From contig CANKOY010000017.1 in assembly GCA_947484275.1 (NCBI GenBank), positions 1-64,000 of the forward strand: a stretch of DNA of 64,000 bases, read 5' to 3'. The position numbers were made by a program, and so were the translations under genes. The first letter of the stretch is position 1; every line of letters begins with the position of its first letter. This document shows, in pieces, positions 37,971 to 46,740 of this stretch. Source of the DNA: Planctomycetota bacterium. Its GTDB lineage: Bacteria > Planctomycetota > UBA1135 > GCA-002686595. The notes under the pieces are model-generated. The model worked only from the letters and a program-made list of their open reading frames with translations, did not search any database and was not told the DNA's origin.

Positions 37971-38643
37971 AGATCAGGAGGTGATTGAAACCGCGCAGGA
38001 AAAAGTTGCCCTCGGCCGCCGCGCGGTGAAAGTTGGGCTTTTCCAGAGTGCGGTTGCCGCGCACAACGGCGATGTGATCGACAGGGCGAAAACGCTTGGA
38101 GAGCAGCGCGAACAACTCGGCCCCCAGGCCTCCGAAGGGCTGGCCCTTCTTGAAACTGTCGGAGACGTAAAGCGCGAGGTAGCGGCGGTCGAGCAGCACG
38201 CGCTCGACCTCCGCGAAGACTTGGTCCATGGCCCGGTAGTATTCGCCGCCTTCGAGGGCATCGAGCTTTCCGATGTCGCGGGGGTCGTCCCCGTAGTCCA
38301 GGTGCGTCGAATAGGGCGGATCCATGAAAACGAAGTCGGCTTTGCCGTCCTCAAGCGGCAGTGCGCGCGCGTCAGCGCGAAAGATGTCGTCGCGCGTCGG
38401 ATGCACGTCGTAACCCAGGGCGCGGCGCTTGCCCTCGCGCGCCACATCAAGCGTGGTCCCGCCGCCCGCGAAGGGGTCGATCACCAAGTCGCCCTCGCGG
38501 GTGTAGCGCTCCAGAAGATTCCAGACCACGTAGGCCGGCGTCGCACCCTCGAACCGCGGATCGCCCTTGGGCTCGCCCGGATACTGTTGGGACGGGTAGT
38601 ACCACAGGGTCGTGGTTTGCAATCGCAGCGGCGGGAGGTTCAC
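37948..38643 (-). CDS. Putative orphan DNA methyltransferase (N6-adenine/N4-cytosine, DPPY family).
   Basis: FxGxG SAM-binding motif (DPFAGGGTT) followed by the catalytic DPPY motif (FMDPPYS). 231 aa. No restriction endonuclease-like neighbour. The 3' end overlaps the convergent pgl gene by 23 nt. Confidence 0.65.
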   Translation of the reverse strand: MNLPPLRLQTTTLWYYPSQQYPGEPKGDPRFEGATPAYVVWNLLERYTREGDLVIDPFAGGGTTLDVAREGKRRALGYDVHPTRDDIFRADARALPLEDGKADFVFMDPPYSTHLDYGDDPRDIGKLDALEGGEYYRAMDQVFAEVERVLLDRRYLALYVSDSFKKGQPFGGLGAELFALLSKRFRPVDHIAVVRGNRTLEKPNFHRAAAEGNFFLRGFNHLLIFKKQRGP

Positions 38644-38684
38644 GGGCAGGGTTGTAGTGCATCCGGCGCGGGAGGCAAAACGCG

Positions 38685-39374
38685 GTGAACAGCGAACCGA
38701 CGTTCAACCTCGAATTCGAACTGGAATCAGGGGCGCGCTTCGAGGCGCGCTGGAGGCCCCATGCCACGGCACGACCTCGGCCCGTGCTGCTGGCCCACGG
38801 CGCCGGCGCCGGTCACGCTCACCCACTTCTCGCGGCACTGGAGCTAGCGCTCGCAACTCAACGCTTCGATGTCCTCTCCTTCCACTACGCATACATGACG
38901 CGCATGCTGCGCGAAGGTCGGCGCCGGCCGCCGGATCCGATGGAGCGTCTCGAAGCAGTCCATGATCGGGCCTTGGAGGAGTTGTCCAAGCTGCGGCCCG
39001 GGAGGCGCGCGCTGTTGATCGGCAAGTCCATGGGCGGCCGGGTGGGGAGCCACATCGCAGCCAAGGGTGCCTCCGCGGCGGGACTAGTGCTGGTGGGATA
39101 TCCCCTTCATCCGGCCAAGGTCCCCCAAAAGCAGCGCAGCGAACACTTCAGGGCCTTGGTTCAACCGGCTCTGTTTCTGTCGGGGACCCGGGACGCCCTG
39201 TGTGAATTGCCGCTCCTGCGCCGGGCCTTGGCGAGCTATGGCGGGCCGGCCACGCTGGTGGAAATCGAGGGCGCCGACCATGACTTTGCGCAGCGCTCGG
39301 TCAGTTGCGACGCCGCTGCCGCCGCGCTGGCCCGACACATCAGCGCCTGGGTGGATACAACCTGGCCCGAGTGA
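38685..39374 (+). CDS. Alpha/beta hydrolase (dienelactone-hydrolase-like/KANL3-TEX30 family). Likely GTG start.
   Basis: VLLAHGAGAGHAHP. Nucleophile elbow GKSMGG. C-terminal EGADHDF His motif. Confidence 0.75.
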   Translation: MNSEPTFNLEFELESGARFEARWRPHATARPRPVLLAHGAGAGHAHPLLAALELALATQRFDVLSFHYAYMTRMLREGRRRPPDPMERLEAVHDRALEELSKLRPGRRALLIGKSMGGRVGSHIAAKGASAAGLVLVGYPLHPAKVPQKQRSEHFRALVQPALFLSGTRDALCELPLLRRALASYGGPATLVEIEGADHDFAQRSVSCDAAAAALARHISAWVDTTWPE

Positions 39375-39393
39375 GCCAGAGGCACCGGATAGC

Positions 39394-39720
39394 TCAGGAA
39401 CCGCCCAGGGAAGTTCCGGCCCCGCGGCGATCCGCGGCGGACTCCACCGAAAGCTCCTGGGCCGTGCCCATGCGGCTGCGGACGGCAAGCGATTGGCGCA
39501 CCTGCGAGCAGCTGGTCTCGCAGGGCAGCTGGCGCGTCTGGCCATCGACACAGCCCTCGGCCTTTGCTCCAAATGTCTCCGTCTGGGTGTTACAGCAGTC
39601 CACCGCAGTCGCCGATTCGCGCGCCGCCGGGCTGCGGTCTGCGGAGAGATAGCAGTAGGCACTACCAAGAACGCCGGACACCAGCAGGAAAACAAGCGCG
39701 GCGAGACTCTTGATCGACAT
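39394..39720 (-). CDS. Small secreted Cys-rich protein (hypothetical).
   Basis: Signal peptide (MSIKSLAALVFLLVSGVLGSA). A 85 aa mature region contains 8 Cys (CYLS...CCNTQTE...C...C...C). No known family. An AT-rich patch lies upstream. Confidence 0.4.
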   Translation of the reverse strand: MSIKSLAALVFLLVSGVLGSAYCYLSADRSPAARESATAVDCCNTQTETFGAKAEGCVDGQTRQLPCETSCSQVRQSLAVRSRMGTAQELSVESAADRRGAGTSLGGS

Positions 39721-39838
39721 GGGCACGGTCCTTGACTGGGGTAACCGACGAACACTAACCGGCGGAATTCCCGGGGATACGTCGCTCGCACGTACGGTGC
39801 CGGAAAAAATTCAATAAATGGGGCTGGGAGTGCCCTCG

Positions 39839-40022
39839 CAGCCCGCCCGAAAAAGTCCCGTTGCGAGGCGGAGCGATCTTCGTCGTGGCTAGGAACGCGC
39901 TGAAGGGACGACGGGGGGACGGCGGAGGCGGCCTTCCTGGCCCCTGAGCACGGCCCGACGAGTGTGACGACGCCACGGCGAAGAGCGCGAAACCGCAGCA
40001 GGGCACTTTTTCGGGCGGGCTG
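39839..40022. repeat. Copy B of the approximately 175 bp palindromic intergenic element (MITE/REP-like).
   Basis: About 90% identical to 18551..18722. The terminal inverted repeats are cagcccgcccgaaaaag...ctttttcgggcgggctg. It lies immediately 3' of the M3 peptidase stop. Confidence 0.7.
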
Positions 40023-40083
40023 CGAGCCAGGCCAGGAGCTGAGACGGATCACGCCGAAATCGCGCCCCCGGGGTGCCCCCGCC

Positions 40084-41997
40084 CTACGCCTCGAGCCAGC
40101 GCCGCCAGGCGTCGATCGAGTACGACCGGCCGAGGAAGTCCTCGACAAGTTCGTTCGCGTCCTTGGCGCCCCCCGGAGCGAGGATCTTCTCGCGATACTC
40201 ACGAGCGACCTCGCGGTCCATGGGATTGGCGGCGAAGCGGCTGTGCAGGTCCTTGGCGATGACCAGCGACCACATGTAGGTGTAGTAGATCGCCGAGTAG
40301 CCGTGCAGGTGGCCGAAGGAGCACTGAAAATGCGTCCCCTCCTCGTGGGGGAAGGGCAGCATCGCGCGCTTGAGTTCGATCATGCGCGCGGTCGTGTCCA
40401 AGTCCCGGGGATCGACTTCGTGGTACGCGATCGCCAGCCTCGCGTAGAACATCTGCTGCGCGACGCCGAGGCCCTTTCCGAATTCGTCGGCAGCGCGCAT
40501 GGAGCGCGCGAGTTCCTGGGGCAGGAGTTCGCCAGTCTTGTGATGCTTGGCGAAGCGCGCCAGGACCGCGGGGTCCCAGGCCCATTCCTCGAACAGTTGG
40601 CTGGGCACTTCAACAAAGTCCCATTCGGTTGCGATGCCTGAGAACGCGAACTGCCGCCCGCGTCCGGCGAACAGGTGGTGCAGTAGGTGCCCGAATTCGT
40701 GGAAGAACGTCGTGACGTCGCGATGTTGAAGCAGCCCGGGGTCGCTGGCGCTGGACTGGCTGAAATTGCAGACCAGACAAGCCTCCGGCAGGATCTCGCC
40801 CGCAATTCCAGCGTGCAGCGGGAACATCGCGGCGTGCTTGTACTTGTCCTTCCTGGGGTGCATGTCGAGCCATAGGCGAGCGACGCGCGCGCCATCGCCC
40901 TCGAAGACGTCGTAGCACTCGACGGATTCGTGCCAGCGCGCCTCCTCGAGATTCAATTTGAAGCGCACGCCAAAAAGCTCGGCGGCAAGGTTGAGGACGC
41001 CGCGCTTGACGTTGTCGTATGCGAAATACGGCCGCACGGACTGGGAATCGAACGCGAATTGGTCCGCCTTCACGCACTCAACGAGGTAGGCGCGCTCCCA
41101 ATCGAAAACCTGTTCCGCCCCGGGATCGAGGACGCGTTTGTGGGTCAGGAGCACCTGCAATTCGCGTTCGACCGCGCCGCGCGCTTCAACGCCGATGCGA
41201 TCGACAAAGGCGCGTGCGGCGTCGGCGGACTTCACCATCTTGTCTTCGGTGACGTAGTCGGCGAAGGAGCGATGACCCAAGAGGCCCGCGAGCTCGTGCC
41301 GCAGCCCCAAGAGCTTCCCCAGGTTGGCGAGGTTGGCCGGGTGGCCGCGATTGACGTACTCGCGGTACAGCCTGCGACGCGCCTTTCCGCTCTTCGCGTA
41401 GCACATGAACGGAACGAAGTCCGTTGGATCTGTGCTGACGCTAACGGCACCCTGGGCGTCCGGCGGGTGGTTGGCGATCCAGTCCTGGGGCAAGCCCTCG
41501 AGCGCGCTCACTCCCTCGGCGAAGATCACGCCGCGCACATCTCCGACAATCGCCAGGTCGAAGGCCTGACCGACTTTGGTCAACTCATCGGAGAGCGCCT
41601 GGATCCGGGCCCGTGTGGCTTCGTCGCGATCCACTCCGCTGCGTTTGTAGTCGCGGGCCGCGTGGCGAACTGCGCGCGCGTCCGCTCCCCGAAGCGTCGC
41701 CGAGGGGACCGCCGACAGGCGCTCATAGGCTCCGCGATCCAGACTCAGCTCCGTCTGAAACGAGGCGAAATCCTGCTCGAGTTCCCGCGCGGCCTGGCGC
41801 ATCTGTGCGGCGGGGTGCACCTGGGAGAACAGCCCAGCCCAGCCGAGGTAGGCGTCAAGGGGCACACCGATGCGATCGAAAGCGCGCGCGGCTTCCACGG
41901 CCGGCGTATTGGGGGGGAGCGCAACGAATGCGTCGCGCCGCGCCCGCGCAGCGCGGATCGTCGCGCGCGCATCGGCCAGCCAACGCTCTGCGCTCAT
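40084..41997 (-). CDS. M3-family zinc metallopeptidase (oligopeptidase A/dipeptidyl carboxypeptidase-like).
   Basis: HEFGHLLHH is the HExxH. Downstream Glu, typical M3 thimet-oligopeptidase architecture, 637 aa. Confidence 0.9.
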   Translation of the reverse strand: MSAERWLADARATIRAARARRDAFVALPPNTPAVEAARAFDRIGVPLDAYLGWAGLFSQVHPAAQMRQAARELEQDFASFQTELSLDRGAYERLSAVPSATLRGADARAVRHAARDYKRSGVDRDEATRARIQALSDELTKVGQAFDLAIVGDVRGVIFAEGVSALEGLPQDWIANHPPDAQGAVSVSTDPTDFVPFMCYAKSGKARRRLYREYVNRGHPANLANLGKLLGLRHELAGLLGHRSFADYVTEDKMVKSADAARAFVDRIGVEARGAVERELQVLLTHKRVLDPGAEQVFDWERAYLVECVKADQFAFDSQSVRPYFAYDNVKRGVLNLAAELFGVRFKLNLEEARWHESVECYDVFEGDGARVARLWLDMHPRKDKYKHAAMFPLHAGIAGEILPEACLVCNFSQSSASDPGLLQHRDVTTFFHEFGHLLHHLFAGRGRQFAFSGIATEWDFVEVPSQLFEEWAWDPAVLARFAKHHKTGELLPQELARSMRAADEFGKGLGVAQQMFYARLAIAYHEVDPRDLDTTARMIELKRAMLPFPHEEGTHFQCSFGHLHGYSAIYYTYMWSLVIAKDLHSRFAANPMDREVAREYREKILAPGGAKDANELVEDFLGRSYSIDAWRRWLEA

Positions 41998-43220
41998 GGA
42001 CGCCCGGCGTGGAGTCTTGCGTACTCCATCAGACGCTCGAATTGCGCGTGGAAATCGTGGGTGCCCCCACCGATCGGCGACTTGAAGAAGCTAGCGGTGT
42101 GCGCCATATCGCCCACTTCGCCGCGCTCCGCCGCGAAATCCGCGAGGCGCGCGAGATCCAGGACCAGCGGCGCGGCCAAGGCCGAATCCGACCCGGTCCA
42201 GGTAAACGACAGCGTCATGCGCGTGCGCAGGAAGCCCTCGAAATGGATCAGGTCGAAAGCGGTCTTCCAGTCCTCCAGGGACGGCACGAAATCGATGCCA
42301 ACGTGGGTGTGGGCTTGATCGTCGCCCAGGATCGAGCGCAGGGCGTCGTCCTTGTTGCGCAGCTTGGATTCCTTGTGCAGCGGATCCGAAAGCACTTCAC
42401 CGTCGCGATTGCCGAGCATGTTGTAGCCCTGCCAGGCGCGCACGCGCAGGGCGCGCGCCACAAACATCGGCGCGAGCACGGTTTTCAATAACGTCTCGCC
42501 GGTCTTTCCGTCGCTGCCGCAGTGCGGCACCCCGTGCGCACGGGCCAGCTCGCGCAGGGCAGGGATCGACGCGCCCGGACTGGGCGTGAAATTGACGTGG
42601 GGATGGCCGTTGGACAGGGCCGCGTAGGCGTATAGACACGACGCCGGCTGCGAGACGCCTTCATCGAGTGCCTTTTCAAAGGCTTCCAGGCTGCGCCAAG
42701 AGGCGTGGGCGGGTCGGTAGGCCTCGGTGCTCGCAAGGTGCACGACGACGACGCGTTGCAGGTCTTCGCTGCGCGCGAATTGCTCGATGTCCGCGGCGAC
42801 CTGCGCGATTTTCTCCCGCGGCGAGAGCCCGCCCAGTCGCGCGCTGGCCGGATCGAGGTTGGCGAATCCGACGTCGGCGTCGTCAAGCAAACCGGGACGC
42901 AAGCGCGCTTCGTAAGCTCCCGCGTGCGGCGCAGCCAATGTCACCAGCTCCTGGGTGAGGATGTGGCTCGCCACGAGCTCGCCGGCTGACTCGGTCATCG
43001 GGCGACGGCACACGTCGTGACCGCCGACGACGAACTCGTCAAAGCCCGCCAGCTGCAATGCGCTGAGTGGCAGCTGCGCCGTGATCAGGCCCGTGGGCTC
43101 GAGCCAGCCCTCGCGCAAACCCGCCAGGCCGTAGACGACGCATGTGGACACCGAGCCGCGTCCACCGATCAACCACAGGCCGACGCGGCGCTGGGGCACA
43201 GTTTTCTGTTGTTGGGGCAA
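41994..43220 (-). CDS. myo-Inositol-1-phosphate synthase (inositol-3-phosphate synthase).
   Basis: 408 aa. GxGxxG-like N-terminus (GLWLIGGRGSVST). Conserved MIPS core blocks. Family assignment rests on overall resemblance to archaeal/bacterial-type MIPS. There is an ATGA overlap with the M3 peptidase gene. Confidence 0.85.
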   Translation of the reverse strand: MPQQQKTVPQRRVGLWLIGGRGSVSTCVVYGLAGLREGWLEPTGLITAQLPLSALQLAGFDEFVVGGHDVCRRPMTESAGELVASHILTQELVTLAAPHAGAYEARLRPGLLDDADVGFANLDPASARLGGLSPREKIAQVAADIEQFARSEDLQRVVVVHLASTEAYRPAHASWRSLEAFEKALDEGVSQPASCLYAYAALSNGHPHVNFTPSPGASIPALRELARAHGVPHCGSDGKTGETLLKTVLAPMFVARALRVRAWQGYNMLGNRDGEVLSDPLHKESKLRNKDDALRSILGDDQAHTHVGIDFVPSLEDWKTAFDLIHFEGFLRTRMTLSFTWTGSDSALAAPLVLDLARLADFAAERGEVGDMAHTASFFKSPIGGGTHDFHAQFERLMEYARLHAGRP

Positions 43221-43259
43221 GGCTTGGCTCTGTCTTGATCGGGACCGGACCGCGGGCGG

Positions 43260-44378
43260 TTATTGCTCTCCCCGCCGCGCGGCGAGCGCCCGCCTCCAGC
43301 CTTGCACGACTGGATCGTAGCGCTCGGGCCACCAGCGTCCGGAGATCGCTCCCGCCTCCGCTGACAGCCCCGTACTGGGCTGATCCGGGGAGCCGGGCGC
43401 GCCGGGCGCCGCAACCGTCGATCGATTCGAGCCGACCATTGTGCGGTCCGGCGGCCCGTTGGCCAGCGCAGACTTTGTCGCGTCCATTCCCGCGGAGTCC
43501 TCGGGCCCGCCGCCGAGGCCCGGGGAGGCGCCCGAAGCGCGAACAGGCGCTGGCGAGGCTCCCTTTTCAGCGCTGGCCAATTCCGTGACCGGCAGCGCGC
43601 GTTCGCGGTCGATTTCCTGCTGCAGCCGGTCGATCGCTTCGCGCGCGGCGGACCTAGAAGCGGCGCGCTCGCGCTCGCGGCCCAGCTCGACCCCGGCAAG
43701 ATCGAGATCCGCGAGCCGTCGCGCGCGGGCCTGGGGATCCACCGCAGCCGCCGCGCGCTGCTCGCGGGCCCTGGAGAGCGCGGCCCGTGCCGAGGATTGA
43801 GGGGGTGTCCGCCGGTCGCCGCCGGCCGCGGCAAGTTCGCTTTCCTGCCCCAGATGCGCGCTGCTCACGCGCCCGGGCGCCTCCAGGGCCAAGGCTGCGA
43901 GCGACAAACCTACGGCAGGTGGCGCGAGCCAGATCCAGCCCGGGGCGGGCTGAGCCCGTGCAAGGCTCACTTTGGTGAGCGCCGACAATTCGCGCTGCTC
44001 CAGTGAGCGTGCCAGGGCCCCCACTTCACCGCGACACAGCGCCTCGTACACGCTTGCCAGGGCTCCACCGCGCCCCAAGCGCCCGTCGATTTGCTGCGCC
44101 AACTCGAGATCAGTTCGCTTTGCGCGCTCGACCCACCACGTGGCGGCGGCCGCTGCGCCAGACAACGCGGCGCATGCGACCAACCCGGCGAGTCGGTCCC
44201 TTATCGAAGTGTGAGCATCGAACGAGAGGATCGCGGCCGCGGCGCCGAGAGCCCCGGCGCACAGCCCGAGGGCAGCGGACTCAAGGGCCGTGAAAGCTCT
44301 GCGCCGGCGGCGAACTTCGGCAACGAATTCGACGATCGAATTCGGTGCATCGCGGCGGTCGTGCCCCGTTGGCATCAA
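43260..44378 (-). CDS. Hypothetical membrane protein with an Ala/Arg/Glu-rich coiled-coil-like region.
   Basis: Two to three N-terminal hydrophobic helices followed by low-complexity A/R/E-rich sequence. Overlaps the upstream gene by 4 nt. No known domain. Confidence 0.4.
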   Translation of the reverse strand: MMPTGHDRRDAPNSIVEFVAEVRRRRRAFTALESAALGLCAGALGAAAAILSFDAHTSIRDRLAGLVACAALSGAAAAATWWVERAKRTDLELAQQIDGRLGRGGALASVYEALCRGEVGALARSLEQRELSALTKVSLARAQPAPGWIWLAPPAVGLSLAALALEAPGRVSSAHLGQESELAAAGGDRRTPPQSSARAALSRAREQRAAAAVDPQARARRLADLDLAGVELGRERERAASRSAAREAIDRLQQEIDRERALPVTELASAEKGASPAPVRASGASPGLGGGPEDSAGMDATKSALANGPPDRTMVGSNRSTVAAPGAPGSPDQPSTGLSAEAGAISGRWWPERYDPVVQGWRRALAARRGEQ

Positions 44379-45298
44379 CGACCGTCCTTGGGCGGCGGCG
44401 GGCCTTCGTCCCCGGGCGCGAGGACGCGGCGCGCGTCGCGGGCAGCCGGCTCAATTTTGGGCAGGCCGGCGGCCAGGGCAGCGGGAATTTCCGTGAGCCT
44501 CCCGCGCGAGAAAAATAGCGCCACCTGCTCGCCGCGCTGGGGAATCAGCCACGCGTTCGGCAGCCAGATGGTCTGCTCGACGCATTCGGGCAGGGCCGAC
44601 GTGATCAGGGTGTACGCCTCGTTGAAGTAGGCGACGTTGATCAGATTCTGGTACACGTCCGCGGCGAATTGCTCCCGCGGATCCTTGTCTTTCTTGCGCG
44701 GATCCGGCGGCAGCATCTTCGATCCCAGATACACCCAGCGATGGCGCTGCATGCTCGCACCCGTGAGCAAGTTCCGCAGCAAGTCCTCGACGCGATAAAA
44801 GAACAGCTCCTCGCCCTGGCGCCAGGCGAGGTTGAGTTCGAATCCGTCGCCCTCGGGCACGGTCACTTCATAGGGCGTGACGCCTGCGCGCATTTCCGCT
44901 TCGCTGGGCCGCGGCTCGCGCGCCTGCCACTTCGCATTGCGCCCCGGAGCGACGCCGAGGGCGAGCAGAGCGGTGTTGAGCACACTGGGCCGAATGTGCG
45001 TGCTGAACATGCTCTCGTGGGTCGCGCCCGCGGAGCCCACGAGCAGGTACTCCAGCAATTCGTCGCGCACCTCGATGCGCACCGGAATCCACATCGCATT
45101 TGATTTCGGATCGAGATGCACGTCCTGGGCGCGCATGGCTTCCACCAGGGCTGCGAGGGCAGGATCCTCAGGCCCAACCTGGGCCGGCGACTGCGGGGTC
45201 GCGGTGTGGGAGCGCCAGGCCAGAGCCGTGGCCGCAAGCAACGCGATCAGCGCAAACGCGCTCGCGAACTTCGTTAGGCGGGATGAGGTTTGCGACAT
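44375..45298 (-). CDS. Hypothetical secreted protein. Start taken at the Met that begins the signal peptide.
   Basis: MSQTSSRLTKFASAFALIALLAATALA is a signal peptide. No recognisable domain. It is the first gene of a four-gene minus-strand unit ending in MIPS and the M3 peptidase. Confidence 0.4.
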   Translation of the reverse strand: MSQTSSRLTKFASAFALIALLAATALAWRSHTATPQSPAQVGPEDPALAALVEAMRAQDVHLDPKSNAMWIPVRIEVRDELLEYLLVGSAGATHESMFSTHIRPSVLNTALLALGVAPGRNAKWQAREPRPSEAEMRAGVTPYEVTVPEGDGFELNLAWRQGEELFFYRVEDLLRNLLTGASMQRHRWVYLGSKMLPPDPRKKDKDPREQFAADVYQNLINVAYFNEAYTLITSALPECVEQTIWLPNAWLIPQRGEQVALFFSRGRLTEIPAALAAGLPKIEPAARDARRVLAPGDEGPPPPKDGR

Positions 45299-45431
45299 GA
45301 CAGGAGTGTAGTGCGGCGTGGAGGGCGTCCAAAGTCGGCGATCTGCCGCAGCCGCAAACGCCCCGTGTCCAGGGCGGTTCATTCGCGGCGGATTCCGGGC
45401 GTGTGCACAGGGGAAGCAGCGCGGCTCGCGC

Positions 45432-45440
45432 TGCTAGACT
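45432..45440 (+). promoter_or_regulatory. Extended -10-like element TGcTAGACT, 6 nt upstream of the GTG start of the SGNH hydrolase gene (apparently leaderless).
   Basis: Same TGcTAG[GA][AC]T motif as upstream of the UDG and 58876 genes. The spacing puts the predicted transcription start at the start codon. Confidence 0.3.
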
Positions 45441-45446
45441 GGCCCG

Positions 45447-46661
45447 GTGACGGGCCCGCGGACTCTTTTCTTACGCATCCTCTTGGTGCTCGCACTGGTC
45501 GCGGCGGTGGATGTGATCCTGAGCCTTACCTGGCTCTCGGAGGGCCGGGTCGGCAAGCGCCCGCTGCCGCCATTTGGCATCGAGTTCGACGAGCCGCAGT
45601 TGGCGGTGCTCGCCCGTCTGGAGGCGGGCCTAGTCAATCAGAACAGCGTAGTCGGCTTCGATCGCGATTTGGGCTGGTGCGTGCGCCCCCTTGCTGCACA
45701 CCCCACCCAGCCGATTCGAATCAATTCGCGCGGGCTGCGCGGCGAACGCGAGTACTCGGAACTTCCGCCGCCGGACAAGTTGCGCGTGGCCTGCTACGGC
45801 GATTCCTTCGCCTTCGGAGACGAAGTGGGCGACGAAGCTACCTACGAGTCGTTTCTCGAGCGCATCCAGCCCTCGGTCGAAGCCTTGAACTTCGGGGTGT
45901 CGGCCTACGGCACGGACCAGGCGCTGCTGCGCATGGAGCGCGATGGGATCCTCGGCGCGCGCGCGGTGATCGTGTCACTGCTGTTGGAGAACATCGGGCG
46001 CAATGTGAATCGCTACCGGCCGCTGTGGACCGCGCGCACGCTGTCGCCCTTGGCCAAGCCGCGCTTCGTGCTCGTGAACGATCAGCTGCAGTTGATTCCA
46101 CAGCCCTTCGCGGATGGTCGCGAGTTTGCGCAAGCCGCGCGCTCGGGCGCCGCGCTCGAAATTCTCGCCGAGCACGAGTACTGGCGCGGACGCCCTGAGT
46201 TGTGGACCGGTCGCGCGTCGTCGCTGGGAAGATTGGCCGCGGGTTGGTTCGCTTACCGCGAGCGCGACCCACAGCGTTTGTGGCTTGATCGCGACGGCGA
46301 GCCCTTTCGCGTGACCGTCGCGTTGATCGAAGCGCTCCGCGAACGGGCGCGCGCCCTGGGCGCGAAGGAGTTCCTCGTATTGCTGTTTCCGATGCGCGAG
46401 GAACTGGCGGACTATCGCGAGAGCGGCAAGGCCTACTGGAGCGCCGTGGCCGACGAATTCACTTCGCGCGGAATCGACTGCATCGATTTGGCGCCTGCCC
46501 TGGCGGCCGAAGACCTGCGCTGCGAACAGGATCCGCTGCACCCGACGCTGTTCGTCGCCGCGCACCTGTCGAGCGTCGGCAACCAGACCGTGGCCGTGGA
46601 AATCCAGCGCTGGCTGCTGGACCGCCGCCTGCTGGCCCACGAGGACGTCGAGCGTCGATAA
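45447..46661 (+). CDS. SGNH/GDSL-family hydrolase or acyltransferase with an N-terminal membrane anchor (AlgJ/AlgX/DltD-like superfamily).
   Basis: GTG start. N-terminal TM (LFLRILLVLALVAAVDVIL). ACYGDSFAFGDEV is a GDS(L) block-I motif. Later blocks are present but degenerate. Confidence 0.65.
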   Translation: MTGPRTLFLRILLVLALVAAVDVILSLTWLSEGRVGKRPLPPFGIEFDEPQLAVLARLEAGLVNQNSVVGFDRDLGWCVRPLAAHPTQPIRINSRGLRGEREYSELPPPDKLRVACYGDSFAFGDEVGDEATYESFLERIQPSVEALNFGVSAYGTDQALLRMERDGILGARAVIVSLLLENIGRNVNRYRPLWTARTLSPLAKPRFVLVNDQLQLIPQPFADGREFAQAARSGAALEILAEHEYWRGRPELWTGRASSLGRLAAGWFAYRERDPQRLWLDRDGEPFRVTVALIEALRERARALGAKEFLVLLFPMREELADYRESGKAYWSAVADEFTSRGIDCIDLAPALAAEDLRCEQDPLHPTLFVAAHLSSVGNQTVAVEIQRWLLDRRLLAHEDVERR

Positions 46662-46740
46662 TGGCTGCGGCCCGCGCAGGAGCACTCCTGCGCGGGCCGC
46701 GTGAATCCCGAGGATGCGAGTCAACAGACTCGCTGGAGAA

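Noticed and set aside
40930-42318. 462 aa and 292 aa plus-strand ORFs across the M3 peptidase/MIPS junction
   Set aside because: They are antisense to two confidently identified minus-strand genes that are translationally coupled. No motifs.
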